A stretch of DNA of 64,000 nt from Planctomycetota bacterium (GCA_024278955.1 JAJRSE010000050.1:1474-65473), one strand, 5' to 3'. Positions 38,317 to 47,957 are shown, numbered from the stretch's first letter. The notes: generated from the sequence alone by a model not told the origin. Made by a program: numbers and translations.

Positions 38317-39615
38317 CTAGCGATTCCTTGCAGCTGCCAAGGCGTTGCGTGGCGAAGCGATAGCGTAGCAAAGGCCCGCAGCGACCATCAGCAACAGCCA
38401 AGTGCTAGGCTCGGGTACCGCGGCAATGCTCGCGCCCACTAGCGGAGCGGCTCCGCCGTATTGGGTTTCCCAAATCGCAAGGTCATCGGCATCGACGTCT
38501 AAGTCGCCGTCGGCGTCGCCATCGGAATTGAGAGCATCAGGCGTGCTAAGATTCCGTTGCCAAGTTAAAAAGTCTTGGCCATCGACGAGCCCACTGTCAT
38601 TGAAGTCGGCGTCGTCGACTGCGGTAATCGCATTGACTTCGATGTTGTCAATCAAGGTGAATAACAGATCGGCTGCATTGAGAGAGGTTGAAGAACCAAA
38701 GTTAATATCCGAACGACCAAAGGAGAGATTTCCCCCAAGGGTTGGTGTCGCGAAGTTGGTCATATCTACGGTAATGAGCTTGAAGCCGTTTACATACCAT
38801 TCGACCAAATCGCCGACCTTGCGGATCTCGTTCTGCTGCCAAGCAAATGCGGTCGCACCATCGCGAAGAATTCCGCTCATGTCCTGACCAGGAAAAGCAT
38901 CGATTACGGTTTGAGGAACCGTTCTGCCCGTTCCGAAAGTGTCGAGATAGAGCTGCTCAGGAGCATTACGGCCCCCAGCGTGATAAACAGCATTTGGCTC
39001 TGCCGGAGATGCATCGTAGCTGTTGTCGTCTTCAACCGAATAAGCGCGAAAGTCGGCACCAGAACCAGCATCGCCCGTGTAGGCAAAGAAGACGCCATCG
39101 GACGAGAGAATCGTCTGGCTCGTTGTTCCCTCGGATAGAATGCCGAACGTGGAAAGATTGGTCGATCCGCTACCGCCACCAGGGAATGGGCCCAGTGTAC
39201 TCGCCCACGCGTCGAAAGTTACAGAATAATCACCGGTAAGATTCAAGCTATTTGGGGAGGCGCTAAACCCGCCAAGTGCGTTCGAGAATAAACTGGCTTG
39301 TAGCTTCATGCCAATCGTCGTGCCACCAGTTGAGTTGGGGGCTGAAGGAATACCAGCCGCGCTGTAGTCGAACATGAAGCCCGAGAAATCGTCGTTGATA
39401 CCATCAACACCAGTAAAGGGGGCGGTATCGAAGTTGGTATCCATCGGAACAGAAGTCAGGAGGTTGTCAAATCCAACGCCCGCGTTGGCAGTCCAACGAC
39501 TAACGGCATTGAGGTCGTCGAAGTTTTCGGTGAAGAGCTGGCCTAAGGTCGGGCTAGCGCTGGTGACAAAAGCCAGCAGGCAGGCGGCGCAGCTGACAAG
39601 AGTTTTTGTTTTCAT
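38317..39615 (-). CDS. PEP-CTERM surface protein with dockerin-like repeat (paralog 1)
   Basis: Signal peptide; ADFNDSGLVDGQDFLTWQR..GDADGDLDVDADDLAIW; VPEPSTWLLL. Confidence 0.92.
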   Translation of the reverse strand: MKTKTLVSCAACLLAFVTSASPTLGQLFTENFDDLNAVSRWTANAGVGFDNLLTSVPMDTNFDTAPFTGVDGINDDFSGFMFDYSAAGIPSAPNSTGGTTIGMKLQASLFSNALGGFSASPNSLNLTGDYSVTFDAWASTLGPFPGGGSGSTNLSTFGILSEGTTSQTILSSDGVFFAYTGDAGSGADFRAYSVEDDNSYDASPAEPNAVYHAGGRNAPEQLYLDTFGTGRTVPQTVIDAFPGQDMSGILRDGATAFAWQQNEIRKVGDLVEWYVNGFKLITVDMTNFATPTLGGNLSFGRSDINFGSSTSLNAADLLFTLIDNIEVNAITAVDDADFNDSGLVDGQDFLTWQRNLSTPDALNSDGDADGDLDVDADDLAIWETQYGGAAPLVGASIAAVPEPSTWLLLMVAAGLCYAIASPRNALAAARNR

Positions 39616-39927
39616 AAGTTCTGTCCTTAGATTTCTGAAGCGGGGTAGTGGATAAAAAAACCGAGCGAGGGAAGGCTGCTTAGTCTTCTAGGGAACTCTG
39701 ATCTCGTAACAAGGAGTTGAAAGTAAAAACGAAATACCGAAAAGAAGACGGCGGAATCTACAAAACGCGAATCTACAAATCGCACAGCCAACGTCCACTC
39801 GCAGCATCTCATAAGAGACAGCCACCTCGTGTGCTTACCCATGCCGGCCTCTGTTACCCACGGCAAAGGTAAATCACCTTCCACACCCCTATACTAAAAA
39901 GAAGAACTCAAATATCCAAACGATATG

Positions 39928-39954
39928 TGCGCAAAAATCTATCTCAATTGCGCA
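39928..39954. promoter_or_regulatory. Candidate operator TGCGCA-N15-TGCGCA upstream of the PEP-CTERM pair
   Basis: TGCGCA AAAATCTATCTCAAT TGCGCA. Confidence 0.6.
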
Positions 39955-40202
39955 GACCTCACAACGGATTCAACCCTAAGCTCGAATGCCCCACGACAAG
40001 AAGTTTTAAGCAATCGGAAATCGCCCTAAGTGTTTTCAGGGAATGGGTTTACAAAATACTCTGATCCTAGGATTCGTGCCACCAGGAAGTCGGGGATACT
40101 ACGGACAAGAAGGGGTTGTTTCGAGTATTTCTCAGCGACACGAGAAGGTCCTGAGAGTTTGCTCGCTAAAGAGCAGCCCCGAAAAGCTCAGATACGTCGC
40201 AA

Positions 40203-43200
40203 CTAACGTCCGAAGAAGTCGTGTTCGTCAAAGTCGGCGAAAGCTTCTTCCAAGGACTGGCTAAGGCTCTCGGCTTGGTCCCGCTGCTGGCGGTACGACG
40301 GAAGCCGCGATTTGCCTTGCAAGCTATGCCGGCTGGACAAATCGTCCTGGAAGCTTTCATGCCCTAGCTCTCGGCCGTATTCCAGTGCAACTTCAGATGA
40401 CATGTCTGCCACTTCGCCGAAGGCTACGGACGCCTCCTGTGAAAACCAAAATAACCTTGCTGCGTTTCGTAATAAACCGGAATCAGAGGAATCTGAGGCC
40501 GACGTAGCAGCAACGGGCTCTGAGAGAGCGGCCTGCAAAGGAGCACTCACCGCTGCTGCTGCGAGGGCGGTTGTGGTGCCGTATTGAGTTTGCCAGATGA
40601 CGAGATCGTCGTTATCGACGGCCCCGTTGGCGTCGGCGTCGCCTTGTTCTAAAGTTGCCCCACCGCCTGGAGTGCCAAACCCGCGTTGCCATGAGAGGAA
40701 GTCGAAGCCGTTGACTGCGCCATCGGTGTTGAAGTCGGCAGTGTTGAGAGTAGTTGGGGCAGCCAGGACGATTCGTACCGCATCGGCAATCACCACGGAA
40801 CCACCTGAGCTTGCCTCTGCATCGAGCAATACGCTACGACTCCCCGAAGCAAAGTCAAAAGTTCCTAAAGAAACCCAGACCAAGCTATTGTTTTTTTGGT
40901 TAATACTTGCTTGCTGAACGCCATTGCCGGTATCGATTTGATATACCGTATCAGAGGTCCGATTGGCACCTGCAAGATATTGGACAAATACTTCGCCCTG
41001 GCCTGCGAAGGGCAAAGTGAAATCCCATTGAGCCGTTGCTACGTTGCTAGCAAGGGCAAAGCGGTAGGTCGTGCCATTGTACCCGGTGCTTCCCGAGGTG
41101 GTCCAGCTACCGGTTTCGCTATAGACGGAAGGGCCGTCGTCGTTGTCGAGAATTAGCTCAACATCGGATAGGGTCACCTGGAAATCGAAAAATTCGAGGA
41201 CCCTCGAAAATACTGAGTTTCTTAGGCTTTCGGAGGTGATCGTTTCAAACGGAAAGGCGAAGTTGACAATTTTGGTCGACCCACCGCTGTCGTACTGAGT
41301 TGCTGCTGTTCCGCCAGTTCCTCCTACGTATTCGAGCGAGCTAGTGGCCCCGCCCAAAGGAGAAATAACGTCGGGGAAATCAACGTTGTAAAACTGAGAG
41401 CCATCGTCGAACGAAAATGAAAGCCCCTCGAAAATCGAGCCCGAGGCACCCTGGACGTTGTAGGTGTTGGCGCCGTCAGAAACATAATCCGCACGTAGAG
41501 TGTTGTTATAAAACGACTGCCCGTTGCCAAGGCTATCGAGATCCCAGGCGACTTCCGATCCTGAGAAAAAGAGTTTTCCACCGCCAGATAAAAACGTGGA
41601 GATCAAAGCTTGTTCGGTAGGGTCGAATGTTTTGTCGTCAGAAGACTCCTCGCCGAGAATCCAAATCACGGCATCGTAATCGGTAAGCACGATGTCGCCA
41701 GAAATCACCTTCTCGTTCGATGCGGTATCGACAGCCAAACCCTCGGTAGAAGCTTCGATAGCCGAGGCAACCTGCACCGAGTAGTCGAAGGAATTACTTT
41801 GCCGAGGTCGGACTCGCTCTGCCCCCGATTGTACCGGGTTTTGTGCACGACCGAGGCGATCGAAACCATTGACAATCAAAATATCCTTGCCGGTGCCGTT
41901 AGGCAGTGCGGCGACCACTTCCGAGCCACGCCCCTCGCCGCCCGCGTTCACAGCAACAACTTTGAAGTAATAGGCTTCTTCACTCACATTGAGCCCGTTG
42001 TATGTGAAGCTGCTGGTAGCCCCTCCGGCCACAAAAGTACCGCCATCGAAGCCGTAGCCATTGGTTGACCCATAGACCATGTAGCCCGTGGCAGCATCTC
42101 CGTTGGCATCGCTAGCAACCGGCTGGTCCCAGGAAACCGTGACGCTCCCCACGCCAACCGACTCAGCCGCTACGCCCGAGACTTGGCCCGGAAGCATCGT
42201 GATCGGAGTCGCCCCGCCATCAACATTGTTGAAGTACTTCACCAAGCCTTGATAGGTGCCCCGGGCAATCGCATCGCGGACCTTAGGGTCGCGAATCATC
42301 TGAGTATCAAGCGTATTGTCGTGAAACCCCGTTTCGATAATCGTGGCATCAAACTCGCCGCCAATGCGATTATTGTTGATTTCCCCAAAGCCAGAACCGA
42401 GTGTAATATTTGCCCCTCTGTCATTCCAGTTATGCTCGAATGTCCCGTTTAGATCGACAAGATCGTCATTCACTTCTTGTGCTAAAGTACTGGCCAAGAG
42501 GAACTGATTCGGGGTTGGCTGACTCGAACCGCCGCCCGTGTTATATAACCCAAGCACGCCACGAGCAGTGGCAGTAGCAGGATTTCCGGTGGTTGCGTTC
42601 GAGTGGAAGATGACTAAGACGCGATCAGAAAGCGATCCATCCGCTTCGCGATTCATGTACTCTGAATAACGAGGGGCGAGAGAAACTGTTGCCGTACGAT
42701 CGTTGCTTGAGGTTCGATATTCGCTATCAGGAATCCCTTGAGAACGATCCACATGCCACTGAATCCAATAGAGCCCTGCTTCATCTTCGCGGGCGCGTCC
42801 CGAGATGGTTCCGCCCTTCACAATATCGCCCATGCCGTTGCCAAAGCGAATCATGTCGGCAATGACCACTTTTCCGGCCTCGGTAGAGCGGTTGCTTATC
42901 TCGACCGAACCCGTCGTCCCGGCGTCAAAGTAGTAGGTTCCCAGATAGACCAAACCGTTGCCCACGCGGCGATGGTTGACGGTCACTTCGGTCGACCCGC
43001 CCGAGTAGTTGACGCGGTAGACTTGATCGGCAGCGCGATCAGAGCCGTAACGCGCCCAAGAGTAAACAGGGTAAAAGCCAGCTTCAGAGATGTTGGGGCG
43101 ATATTCGGCGGTTGCGGTTTCGGTGAGTGAAGTCGAGGCAAACCGGTAAGGAACATCGCCGGGATCGCCAAAGTAAATCGACGAACCACTATCGCTCCAA

Positions 43201-43646
43201 GCACCAGAGAAGGTGACCTCTACGTCGTCGTTGTCGAGCACCACTTCGTTCGGTTGATTTCCAATCGGTCGCATAGGTACTACGGTAGCCCCTGCGCGGA
43301 AGAGATAGTCGGCAAAGAACGTCATCTGATCCTGGTTCCCCAGGTCTTCGATCATATTGAGCAGTAAAGGACGCTGAAAGTTCCAGTCGCCCGCATTGGG
43401 GAAATTGCCGGTAATTCCATGCCCGCCATTGACGTAAACAATTTTATCGGTCAGCGCACCGTCTGGTTGAGCGCCAACATCGACCAAGCCCGTAGCCGAC
43501 AAAGCAATCCGCGGCTCGAGGGGCTCGAATTTCAGCGACTTGCATTTTTGCGACTGACGAGTCCTAGGAGCTGATCCAAAGGTAAGCCAATCGTTCTGGG
43601 CGCAACGCCACATTGATTTGAATAATTTCTTCATCTGTCCATTCAC
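40203..43646 (-). CDS. Large secreted N-acetylmuramoyl-L-alanine amidase (Amidase_3-like) with Xly/golvesin-type CBM-like domains, Fn3 and dockerin-like repeat
   Basis: LEPRIAL leader; GHG..IED..FHSNA..IIETGFHD zinc/catalytic pattern; two LDN.D..G.W..S..ADA(I/V)RF/I domains; VSW..P..ATGY.VY Fn3; ADFNTDGAVNGFDFLSWQR. Confidence 0.8.
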   Translation of the reverse strand: MNGQMKKLFKSMWRCAQNDWLTFGSAPRTRQSQKCKSLKFEPLEPRIALSATGLVDVGAQPDGALTDKIVYVNGGHGITGNFPNAGDWNFQRPLLLNMIEDLGNQDQMTFFADYLFRAGATVVPMRPIGNQPNEVVLDNDDVEVTFSGAWSDSGSSIYFGDPGDVPYRFASTSLTETATAEYRPNISEAGFYPVYSWARYGSDRAADQVYRVNYSGGSTEVTVNHRRVGNGLVYLGTYYFDAGTTGSVEISNRSTEAGKVVIADMIRFGNGMGDIVKGGTISGRAREDEAGLYWIQWHVDRSQGIPDSEYRTSSNDRTATVSLAPRYSEYMNREADGSLSDRVLVIFHSNATTGNPATATARGVLGLYNTGGGSSQPTPNQFLLASTLAQEVNDDLVDLNGTFEHNWNDRGANITLGSGFGEINNNRIGGEFDATIIETGFHDNTLDTQMIRDPKVRDAIARGTYQGLVKYFNNVDGGATPITMLPGQVSGVAAESVGVGSVTVSWDQPVASDANGDAATGYMVYGSTNGYGFDGGTFVAGGATSSFTYNGLNVSEEAYYFKVVAVNAGGEGRGSEVVAALPNGTGKDILIVNGFDRLGRAQNPVQSGAERVRPRQSNSFDYSVQVASAIEASTEGLAVDTASNEKVISGDIVLTDYDAVIWILGEESSDDKTFDPTEQALISTFLSGGGKLFFSGSEVAWDLDSLGNGQSFYNNTLRADYVSDGANTYNVQGASGSIFEGLSFSFDDGSQFYNVDFPDVISPLGGATSSLEYVGGTGGTAATQYDSGGSTKIVNFAFPFETITSESLRNSVFSRVLEFFDFQVTLSDVELILDNDDGPSVYSETGSWTTSGSTGYNGTTYRFALASNVATAQWDFTLPFAGQGEVFVQYLAGANRTSDTVYQIDTGNGVQQASINQKNNSLVWVSLGTFDFASGSRSVLLDAEASSGGSVVIADAVRIVLAAPTTLNTADFNTDGAVNGFDFLSWQRGFGTPGGGATLEQGDADANGAVDNDDLVIWQTQYGTTTALAAAAVSAPLQAALSEPVAATSASDSSDSGLLRNAARLFWFSQEASVAFGEVADMSSEVALEYGRELGHESFQDDLSSRHSLQGKSRLPSYRQQRDQAESLSQSLEEAFADFDEHDFFGR

Positions 43647-43770
43647 AAAAAACGCCTCCGTAAGAAATAAACATACAGAGGCTAGTTGTGCTACCTGCGA
43701 CTAAGGTTCGCATCCCGCATAGGTGCCATTATAGCCAGACTAGCAAGTCTTCAAAGAATTAGGAAACAAT

Positions 43771-43797
43771 TGCGCAAGACTAACATTCTTCTGCGCA
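43771..43797. promoter_or_regulatory. Candidate operator TGCGCA-N15-TGCGCA upstream of the large amidase; TATAAT on - strand at 43728-43733
   Basis: TGCGCA AGACTAACATTCTTC TGCGCA. Confidence 0.6.
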
Positions 43798-43929
43798 AAA
43801 CAGCAGGTAACGGAGAGAGCCCTTCATTCGCAAGGCAGACAAGACGGTTGTTTCAAGTCTTGCTACCGTAGGCTCACCCCAAGAAGTTTTGCAGTAGAGG
43901 TTAAGCGGCATTTTTTTCGAGAGCTTGCA

Positions 43930-44904
43930 CTATCGTCGGAGGGTGACCGGGCTCTCAAGGATCGTCAGCTGTCGGTGATCGGCATCCAATTCCACCTCAA
44001 CTCCCAAAGGCAATGTCACATTGTCGGAAGAATGGCCTGCCGGGAAATTTTGCAGCACCGGAACACCTAAATCTGCGAAATAGTCGTCGAAAACCTCTGC
44101 CAGCGATAAGCTCTCTTCATCGGTTCCGGCGTCGCACCTAGAAAATTTCCCTAACAAGATGCCGTCCAACATGTCCAGTTTTCCCGCCAACCGTAGCTGA
44201 GACAAGAGCCGATCGATGCGGTATGGTGCCTCGGCAACGTCCTCCAGAAATAAGATGTTGCCTCGCGTCTCGATCTCGTATGGCGTTCCCATTACCGCAC
44301 AGACCAACGAGAGGTTTCCCCCAACCAATTGACCACGGGCAATGCCAGTTACCAGAGTTGAGAGCTTGTCTCGTTCAGACTGTTCGCTAAGAACCTCGTA
44401 CCCCGCCTGCTGAGAATCACGAAATCTTTTTGCCAACACAGCGCGCCAAAAAGTTTGGGACGACAGCTTCGTGAAACCTTTGGGCCTACCAAATCCATCC
44501 ATGGGATTAGGGCTATGAAAAGTAACCAGCCCAGTTTGTCTCTGAACAGCCAAGTGAAGCGCGGTAATATCGCTAAAGCCGGTCAGTATTTTCGGGTTCC
44601 GGCGGATGACTCCGTAGTCCAAAGAATCAAGGATCCGTGTCACGCCGGTCCCTCCTCGGGCAGGGAAAACTGCAGAAACTTCGGGATCGGCAAACGCCTG
44701 CATCAGCTCCTTCGCCCGGGTCTCATCGTCTCCAGCCAAATACCCTCGCGAGCGATAAATATCGCGGTATTGCTTTACCTTGAAACCTTCTTCCTTAATG
44801 CGTTTTATGGCAACTTCCGTACGAGCACGGTTCAGCAATCCTGCCGGAGCAACCAGCGCGATGGTGTCTCCCGGTTCAAGTGCTGGAGCAAATATTCGTT
44901 TCAT
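43930..44904 (-). CDS. ldcA: S66 LD-carboxypeptidase (muramoyltetrapeptide carboxypeptidase)
   Basis: GDTIALVAPAG, YLAG.DE.RA.EL, RGG.G, GFSDIT (Ser), GGNL, FLEDV (Glu), AGH (His). Confidence 0.93.
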   Translation of the reverse strand: MKRIFAPALEPGDTIALVAPAGLLNRARTEVAIKRIKEEGFKVKQYRDIYRSRGYLAGDDETRAKELMQAFADPEVSAVFPARGGTGVTRILDSLDYGVIRRNPKILTGFSDITALHLAVQRQTGLVTFHSPNPMDGFGRPKGFTKLSSQTFWRAVLAKRFRDSQQAGYEVLSEQSERDKLSTLVTGIARGQLVGGNLSLVCAVMGTPYEIETRGNILFLEDVAEAPYRIDRLLSQLRLAGKLDMLDGILLGKFSRCDAGTDEESLSLAEVFDDYFADLGVPVLQNFPAGHSSDNVTLPLGVEVELDADHRQLTILESPVTLRR

Positions 44905-44911
44905 TCGTTAC

Positions 44912-45469
44912 CTATCCAAACAAGAGGTATCCGAGAAATATCGCGGTAAAAATGCCTACCACGTCTGCGATCAGGCAGGCGGGAAGCGTGTGACGAATCT
45001 TCTTCACTTGTATCGATCCGAAATAGACCGTGATGATATAGAAAGTCGTCTCGGTGCTTCCCATCATCAGCGAAGCCGTATTTCCAAGAAAACTATCGGG
45101 ACCGTGCTCGTCAAACACTTCGAGCAATACCCCACGGGCACCGCTACCGGTAAGCGGCCGGGTCAATGCCAGGGGTAGTAAATCGAGCGATTCGCGATAG
45201 CCGCCTAAGCCAATCTGATCCATCCCCCATCCCATGACCAGCTTTATGTCTTCAAATGCGCCGCTGGCAACGAACATCTTTATCACAAACAAGATCGCAA
45301 CCAGATACGGGATAATCGTGATCGCCACGCTGAACCCCTCCTTCGCGCCAGTGACAAACGACTCGTACATGGGCACTTTTTTGTAGTACGCCCACAGAAT
45401 GATCAGCAGGATCACAAAATGGATGGTCCATTGGCTGAGCGTATCCAAAATAAGTTGTAGGGAATCCAT
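44912..45469 (-). CDS. spmB: SpmB/YjiG family membrane protein
   Basis: KVPMYESFVTGAKEG, IIPYLVAIL, RPLTGSGA, GPDSFLG, MGSTETTFY..VYFGS. Confidence 0.93.
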   Translation of the reverse strand: MDSLQLILDTLSQWTIHFVILLIILWAYYKKVPMYESFVTGAKEGFSVAITIIPYLVAILFVIKMFVASGAFEDIKLVMGWGMDQIGLGGYRESLDLLPLALTRPLTGSGARGVLLEVFDEHGPDSFLGNTASLMMGSTETTFYIITVYFGSIQVKKIRHTLPACLIADVVGIFTAIFLGYLLFG

Positions 45470-46224
45470 TATTCGCCCTCCCCGCTAGTTGATTTCTGTA
45501 GTTTGTCGCTCTTAGAAATCGCATATCGAGGTAGTTTTGAAAGCAACCGGACGGCAAATACCGCCACAATCGTGGTGACCATCGTTGTAAGGATGATGCC
45601 AAACACGGGGGCGGTTGGATTCTCGCTTCCGCTCAGAACGCGGTAGCCGATGATTCCGAAGGGGACAATGGTCACGTTGCTGGTATTGATCGCAAGAAAC
45701 ATGGCCATCGAGTTGGTTGCAGTATCCTTTTCGTTATTGAGTGTCTGCAGTTCTTGCATCGCCTTCAAGCCAAAAGGAGTCGCCGCGTTTTCGAGGCCAA
45801 GGATATTGGCAGAGATGTTCATCAGCATTGCCCCTTGCGCTGGATGACCGTCTGGCACATCGGGAAAAAGCCATCGCATCAAGGGCATCAACATACGGGC
45901 TAATGCATCGACCAGCCCCGCATCGCGAGCGATATTAAGCAAGCCCAGCCAAAGGGCCATGATGCCAATCAAACCGATGCAGATTTCCACCGAGACTTCC
46001 GCCGCATCGAAGGCCGCTTCGTTGATGTCGCGTCCCATTTCTTGTAGGTTGCGATGATCTCGATCTGAAGTCGAGGCTTCCTTTTCGGCTCCTTCTACAG
46101 CGGCAGACTCTTCGGAGCCTTTGGCTGAGAGTCCCGAGAATGTATTCACGCTGGCCTTGCCGAACCCATAGACAATGCCAATCAGAAGCAGCCAAAACCA
46201 AACCTTGTTGAGCATCCTACACAC
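45469..46224 (-). CDS. spmA: SpmA/YjiH family membrane protein (nucleoside-recognition Gate domain)
   Basis: MLNKVW, LWLGLLNIA..AGLV, LFPDVP..HPA, NISANILGL.NAATPFGLKAM.EL, FLAINTS. Confidence 0.93.
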   Translation of the reverse strand: MCRMLNKVWFWLLLIGIVYGFGKASVNTFSGLSAKGSEESAAVEGAEKEASTSDRDHRNLQEMGRDINEAAFDAAEVSVEICIGLIGIMALWLGLLNIARDAGLVDALARMLMPLMRWLFPDVPDGHPAQGAMLMNISANILGLENAATPFGLKAMQELQTLNNEKDTATNSMAMFLAINTSNVTIVPFGIIGYRVLSGSENPTAPVFGIILTTMVTTIVAVFAVRLLSKLPRYAISKSDKLQKSTSGEGE

Positions 46225-46259
46225 CTCCTGCTGCTTGTTTGTCTACCTGAGGGCAACTT

Positions 46260-47957
46260 TTACTCGGCAAAGCGGCTCGTAAGAAGCCTGCCTCCCGTGT
46301 GACTAAGAAGTTCGCCTTCGTTGAAAACCACCGTACCGGCGACCATCACCTGCTGCAAGTCGCTGCATGGGATAACCGAAGAAGATTTTTTTAACTCGTT
46401 GTCTTTAAGCAAAAGAAGATCGGCTTCCATTCCCAATTTGATGCTGCCTCGATTCTTGAGTCCCAAAAGATTCGCCATCTCCCAAGTCGATCGCGATAAA
46501 TTGGCCAGTTCAATCGATTCGTCAGTCGCGGAAACAAGGTCGTGCTCATTCAGCCGCGGTATCTTGAAATACTGTAAAAAGCTAGCGATATCTTCGGAGA
46601 CGTCCTTTGCGATAACTCCAAGGAGACCTAAAGAAGCCGCTCGAATAAGACGCTCCAAAATATCGGCAGGCGGCTTCTCTAAGCTGCTAGGTACGACCGC
46701 AATAAAACCTAAGTTCACCGGAAGGTTTAATCCTTCTTTCAGCCCAATAAGTGCATCCAACTGCGTAGGAACAGCCAAATCTAGCTGACCAATGACGCTT
46801 GTGACTCCCCGGGCTAGAAATTTCTTCGCTTGTTGCTGGTCAGGAAGCTTGCACGGGGAGATTTCCGGCGCGTAAACAATTTTGCCCGGAACGCAGATCA
46901 GCTTGGTCCCGTCGACCGAAATTTTTCCCGAAGTGATGCAAAGATCACCGAGATCTTCGATCTGCCCCGTCTCGCCCAAGTTAATCCCCAAGTCGGCAAC
47001 AAACGGAGTCTGTGCTCCGCCGTTGGCCACCGTAATTCCACGCAGCAAGAGATCGAAAAGATCGTGCTCTGCCGAGCGCGGAAGTGTATCGTATTCGGCA
47101 GGGTCCTCTTGCAAATATCTGCCCGTGGCAATGGCTTCAAGGGCGCTTACTAATCCGGTGAAATGCAGTTGTACTACTTGCGAAAGGTCAGAGTTGGGCA
47201 TAGTCCAGCCGCCCGCCTCGACCGTTAAAGTAGGAACCCCTTGCTGCTGCACCCATTCCCCAAAACATCGTGGCATGAAATCAGCGTCGTAGCGAGAAAT
47301 CATGCCTTCGCAGTAGGGGCGAACCGCTTGTAGGAACGAGACCGCCACCTGCTTTGCCCGACGTATCTCGTCGGTTTCGGTATTTTCGCGGTTGATCGGA
47401 GGAACAAGTAGCGAAACCGCTGCGACTTGCTGCGAAGTCGTATGGACCGAAGTTCTTGGTTTTTGGTTATGCAGATTGAGGGCAAAGTGGGGCTGAATAG
47501 TTTTTACCATTTCATTGAGCAGTTTCCCCTCGGGGCTCTGTAGGTGGAGAGCATCTCGGTTGATGTCGATGTCCTGCGCGTTTCGCCGAGTGGTACGCTC
47601 GACCCCGTCTGGGTTGAGCATAGGCAGCAAAAACAAGGTGCAACCAGACAAGATCGCCTTCGAGGTTGGGTGTTTAGGGGAACTTAACAAAAGGTTCACC
47701 AAGGCGAGCAGCACTGCGGTATGCGTAGGTTCGTTGCCATGCATTTGCGACCAAGCGAAAATGCGAACAGGGCCAGTACCAAGTTTAAGGAGAGGAATTG
47801 AACGACCTTCGTACGATTGGCCTACACAACTCAGCTCCACAGCCTCGGGGCTACCCGAATGCAGATTGCCGAGCAGGCCAACCAAATCATGATGCCGCAA
47901 CTGAGGCGGCGATTTGGTCGAAACCTGCACGTCAAGAAAATCTTCCCACAAAGACAT
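46260..47957 (-). CDS. M14 zinc carboxypeptidase (MpaA-like) fused to a degenerate amidohydrolase-like C-terminal half
   Basis: GQSYEGR, HGNE, NPDG, RRNA..DINRD, LNLH, TVEAG; C-half ADLGI..IEDLG, RGSIKLGMEADLLL, VMVAGTVV..G..GRLL. Confidence 0.82.
   Translation of the reverse strand: MSLWEDFLDVQVSTKSPPQLRHHDLVGLLGNLHSGSPEAVELSCVGQSYEGRSIPLLKLGTGPVRIFAWSQMHGNEPTHTAVLLALVNLLLSSPKHPTSKAILSGCTLFLLPMLNPDGVERTTRRNAQDIDINRDALHLQSPEGKLLNEMVKTIQPHFALNLHNQKPRTSVHTTSQQVAAVSLLVPPINRENTETDEIRRAKQVAVSFLQAVRPYCEGMISRYDADFMPRCFGEWVQQQGVPTLTVEAGGWTMPNSDLSQVVQLHFTGLVSALEAIATGRYLQEDPAEYDTLPRSAEHDLFDLLLRGITVANGGAQTPFVADLGINLGETGQIEDLGDLCITSGKISVDGTKLICVPGKIVYAPEISPCKLPDQQQAKKFLARGVTSVIGQLDLAVPTQLDALIGLKEGLNLPVNLGFIAVVPSSLEKPPADILERLIRAASLGLLGVIAKDVSEDIASFLQYFKIPRLNEHDLVSATDESIELANLSRSTWEMANLLGLKNRGSIKLGMEADLLLLKDNELKKSSSVIPCSDLQQVMVAGTVVFNEGELLSHTGGRLLTSRFAE

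Noticed and set aside
39620-40200. Long leader checked for c-di-GMP or other riboswitches
   Set aside because: No recognisable conserved aptamer motifs by eye; an Rfam scan is needed to exclude formally
40076-43730. TGGCAC hexamers upstream of PEP-CTERM and amidase genes as sigma54 promoters
   Set aside because: No GC at the -12 position with correct spacing
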